This document shows, in pieces, positions 61,921-64,000 of a stretch of DNA of 64,000 nucleotides. The notes beneath the pieces were generated by a model. The model made no database searches and was not told the DNA's origin. It saw only the letters and a program-made list of their open reading frames with translations. Where the stretch lies: NCBI RefSeq assembly GCF_009496005.1, contig NZ_WIBF01000002.1, forward strand, positions 311,191 through 375,190, in the 5' to 3' direction. Each line of letters starts with the position of its first letter. Positions within the stretch are counted from its first letter, which is position 1. The stretch comes from Tritonibacter litoralis. Lineage in GTDB: Bacteria; Pseudomonadota; Alphaproteobacteria; Rhodobacterales; Rhodobacteraceae. Position numbers and translations under genes: made by a program.

Positions 61921-63549
61921 TCAATCGCCGAAGCTAAAGGATGGAAGCGCGGTGCCAGAAGCAGGGACCGGCTGTGCCAGTTGCGGCGTGCCGCCCAGAC
62001 GTTGCGCCGCCAGTTTCACCAGCCCAACACGTTCAGGCTGGCCCGGTGCAAACACAGGATCTGCGCCACCTTCCAACGCCGTCACGGCCACGTTGTACCA
62101 GTCCTGCGCCCGCTCAACCGATGTGGGCGCGCCAAAACCAAGCGCAATGTGATGGGCCACCAATTCCGCATACGGGCGTTTGCCCAAGCCGGTCATGATC
62201 AAACCTGCGCCCAGCGCCACGTCCATATTGTCGCGACGGTAACCAGACAACAGGCAGATCGCGGCCGTGTTGTTCAGCTGATCCAGGGACATATTGCTTT
62301 GCAGGATGAACTTTTGAACGTTGCTCATCACGGTGTTGGCGTCCTGCAATTGCAGCTGATCCAGATAGGGTTTCACCGCAGGACCAAACTGGTCGCACTG
62401 GGCGTCTACCTGAGATTGGCTGACACCTTGCAACGAGGCCATCAGCTCTTCGCCGCTATTGATGGCATAAGACCGTGCGAGGCAGAATTGCTCACCCAGG
62501 GCCAGTTCAGGATCTGTCATATTGGCCACTGTCATATACCCGCCACTTGAGCTGGTGAGCAGGCTGACTTTGCTGCAGTGGCTGGTCAGAGAGGCCTGAG
62601 GCTCTGTGGATTGCGGGGTTTCAAACAGGGTGATGCCACCGAGGCCCGCTGCCGGAGCTTGGTTGGACGCCAGCACGGTTCCTGGCGCGGATGGAGCCGG
62701 AGCCGGTGCAGGTTCTGCGGTGATGACAGGCTGTTCCCCTTCATGCATTTTGCAGGTCCCGCGGTGACAGGCAAAGCTCGCCGGTGTCACGCCGCGACCC
62801 AGGAAATCATTGCGCTGATAGCCGTCGGGCGTCGAGGCAAAGACCATGACCGTACAATGGGTTGCCCCGCACCAGAAGGACGAGCCAGACACCGACGTGT
62901 CGATCATATAGTCATTTTTGCCATCGCCATTCATATCCGCAAGCTGGATGAAGCCGGAGCGTTGCAGCAATTGTTCCGCTGTTGGTTCTGCGCTTTCCGC
63001 AATTTCGTCCACCGCTTCGCTGACTTCAATTGGCAGACCTGCGTAGCCGGTGCTGGGTGATTTCCCAAAGCTTTCGTCGCGCCATGTGACCAGCAAGCTG
63101 CGGATGCCATTGGGTGCCTGATAAGCTTTGACCACTTGGGGGCCGCCCACCTGCGCTCGACTGTAGGAGCTGACCAGGAAATCACGCTCATACGGGGTCA
63201 GGCGGCCGGTTGCCGGAAAACCCATGAACACCTGATACTGTGAAACTGCCGCGCGCGAACGGCTGCCCATCACCCCATCGGGGGTACCCGCCGGGAAATT
63301 GAAATAGTTCAGCGCCGTTTGGGTTTCACGGTTTGCAGCGCGTGTTGCGCTGTAGGCTGTTGAACTGCGGGTGGAGGTGCGCGGAGCCGCGCGACGGTTT
63401 TTGTTCACCTCGTTGGTGATCACCCCGCCGATGATCCCCCCAACCAATGCGGCTCCAAGATCGCTGGCCATTGCCGGCGCAGAAGCCGTCGTCAAAAGGA
63501 ATGATGTGGCCACTGCGGCCCGTAGCGCCTTGGAAGACATCGCACTCAC
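61921..63549 (-). CDS. secreted protein with N-terminal peptidoglycan-binding (PG_binding_1-like) domain, Pro/Ala linker and Cys-containing C-terminal region
   Basis: Signal peptide. ALNYFNFPAGTPDGVMGSRSRAAVSQYQ resembles PG-binding domain 1. AEPAPAPAPSAPG linker. The remainder is unrecognised. Confidence 0.45.
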   Translation of the reverse strand: MSAMSSKALRAAVATSFLLTTASAPAMASDLGAALVGGIIGGVITNEVNKNRRAAPRTSTRSSTAYSATRAANRETQTALNYFNFPAGTPDGVMGSRSRAAVSQYQVFMGFPATGRLTPYERDFLVSSYSRAQVGGPQVVKAYQAPNGIRSLLVTWRDESFGKSPSTGYAGLPIEVSEAVDEIAESAEPTAEQLLQRSGFIQLADMNGDGKNDYMIDTSVSGSSFWCGATHCTVMVFASTPDGYQRNDFLGRGVTPASFACHRGTCKMHEGEQPVITAEPAPAPAPSAPGTVLASNQAPAAGLGGITLFETPQSTEPQASLTSHCSKVSLLTSSSGGYMTVANMTDPELALGEQFCLARSYAINSGEELMASLQGVSQSQVDAQCDQFGPAVKPYLDQLQLQDANTVMSNVQKFILQSNMSLDQLNNTAAICLLSGYRRDNMDVALGAGLIMTGLGKRPYAELVAHHIALGFGAPTSVERAQDWYNVAVTALEGGADPVFAPGQPERVGLVKLAAQRLGGTPQLAQPVPASGTALPSFSFGD

Positions 63550-63669
63550 CTCTATTGAATACTCACAATAGAATCAGGATACCTCAGTCCCCCGCAATCT
63601 GGCGAGTCATGTCTCCCCGACTTTGCGAAGGATTTACGGTACATTCTTCGGGTCATGGAGAACAGCATC

Positions 63670-64000
63670 ATGGTGGAATGGATCGCCTCTGACGGTTTGG
63701 TGCCTTACGAAGATGCAATTGCCTTTATGGAAGAACGGGTTGCCCGGATTTCTACGGGTGATGCAGATGAATGTATCTGGCTGCTGGAACACCCGCCCCT
63801 TTATACGGCGGGCACCTCAGCGAAACAGCAAGATTTGACCGATCCGGACCGGTTTCCGGTTTATGAAAGCAAACGCGGTGGTCAGTACACCTATCATGGG
63901 CCCGGACAGCGAGTCGTTTATGTCATGTTGGATGTGGGAAAACGCGGCAAAGACGTGCGCCGGTTTGTGCAGGACCTGGAGACCTGGGTGATTGATGCGT
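63670..64000 (+). CDS. lipB: lipoyl(octanoyl) transferase (partial, runs off window)
   Basis: [12 protein letters not shown]...YHGPGQ canonical LipB N-terminus. Confidence 0.8.
   Translation, partial: MVEWIASDGLVPYEDAIAFMEERVARISTGDADECIWLLEHPPLYTAGTSAKQQDLTDPDRFPVYESKRGGQYTYHGPGQRVVYVMLDVGKRGKDVRRFVQDLETWVIDA

Overview
This is a high-GC (~60%) alphaproteobacterial chromosomal segment. The gene content looks Rhodobacteraceae/roseobacter-like (Hint-domain protein, DUF6455, DUF1467, DUF1150/Hsp20, TraB/GumN, EI24-like genes). It is densely coding and mostly housekeeping. Recognisable genes include yghU-like GST, an sseB/UDG-family pair, a kpsT-kpsE-kdsA capsule-export/Kdo module, asmA, carB, pabB-pabC, aspS, mce, rimO, tdk, arsH, proC, ubiK/lgt-midA-pgeF, trxB, a membrane/2Fe-2S/class-III cyclase fusion, sat-cysC, an MCP, an MFS/MerR pair, phzF, hsp20, purEK, a phnM-like gene, groESL behind a CIRCE variant, tandem TraB/GumN paralogs, tRNA-Leu(GAG) and lipB. 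I found no CRISPR array, transposase, integrase or prophage genes. The most unusual content sits in several low-GC non-coding pockets (about 25.6, 30.3-31.3, 37.2-37.9, 44.3, 52.3-52.7 and 55.8 kb). These flank orphan or small genes: a lone YjhX/TopAI-family toxin with a convergent orphan intrinsic terminator (candidate sRNA), an SPFH/flotillin-like protein paired with an unknown polytopic membrane protein, tandem Cys-containing DUF6455 proteins, a Hint-domain protein behind a ~720 bp low-GC leader, and two unannotated small ORFs. All calls rest on reading the translated ORFs and the DNA directly. No database search was run.
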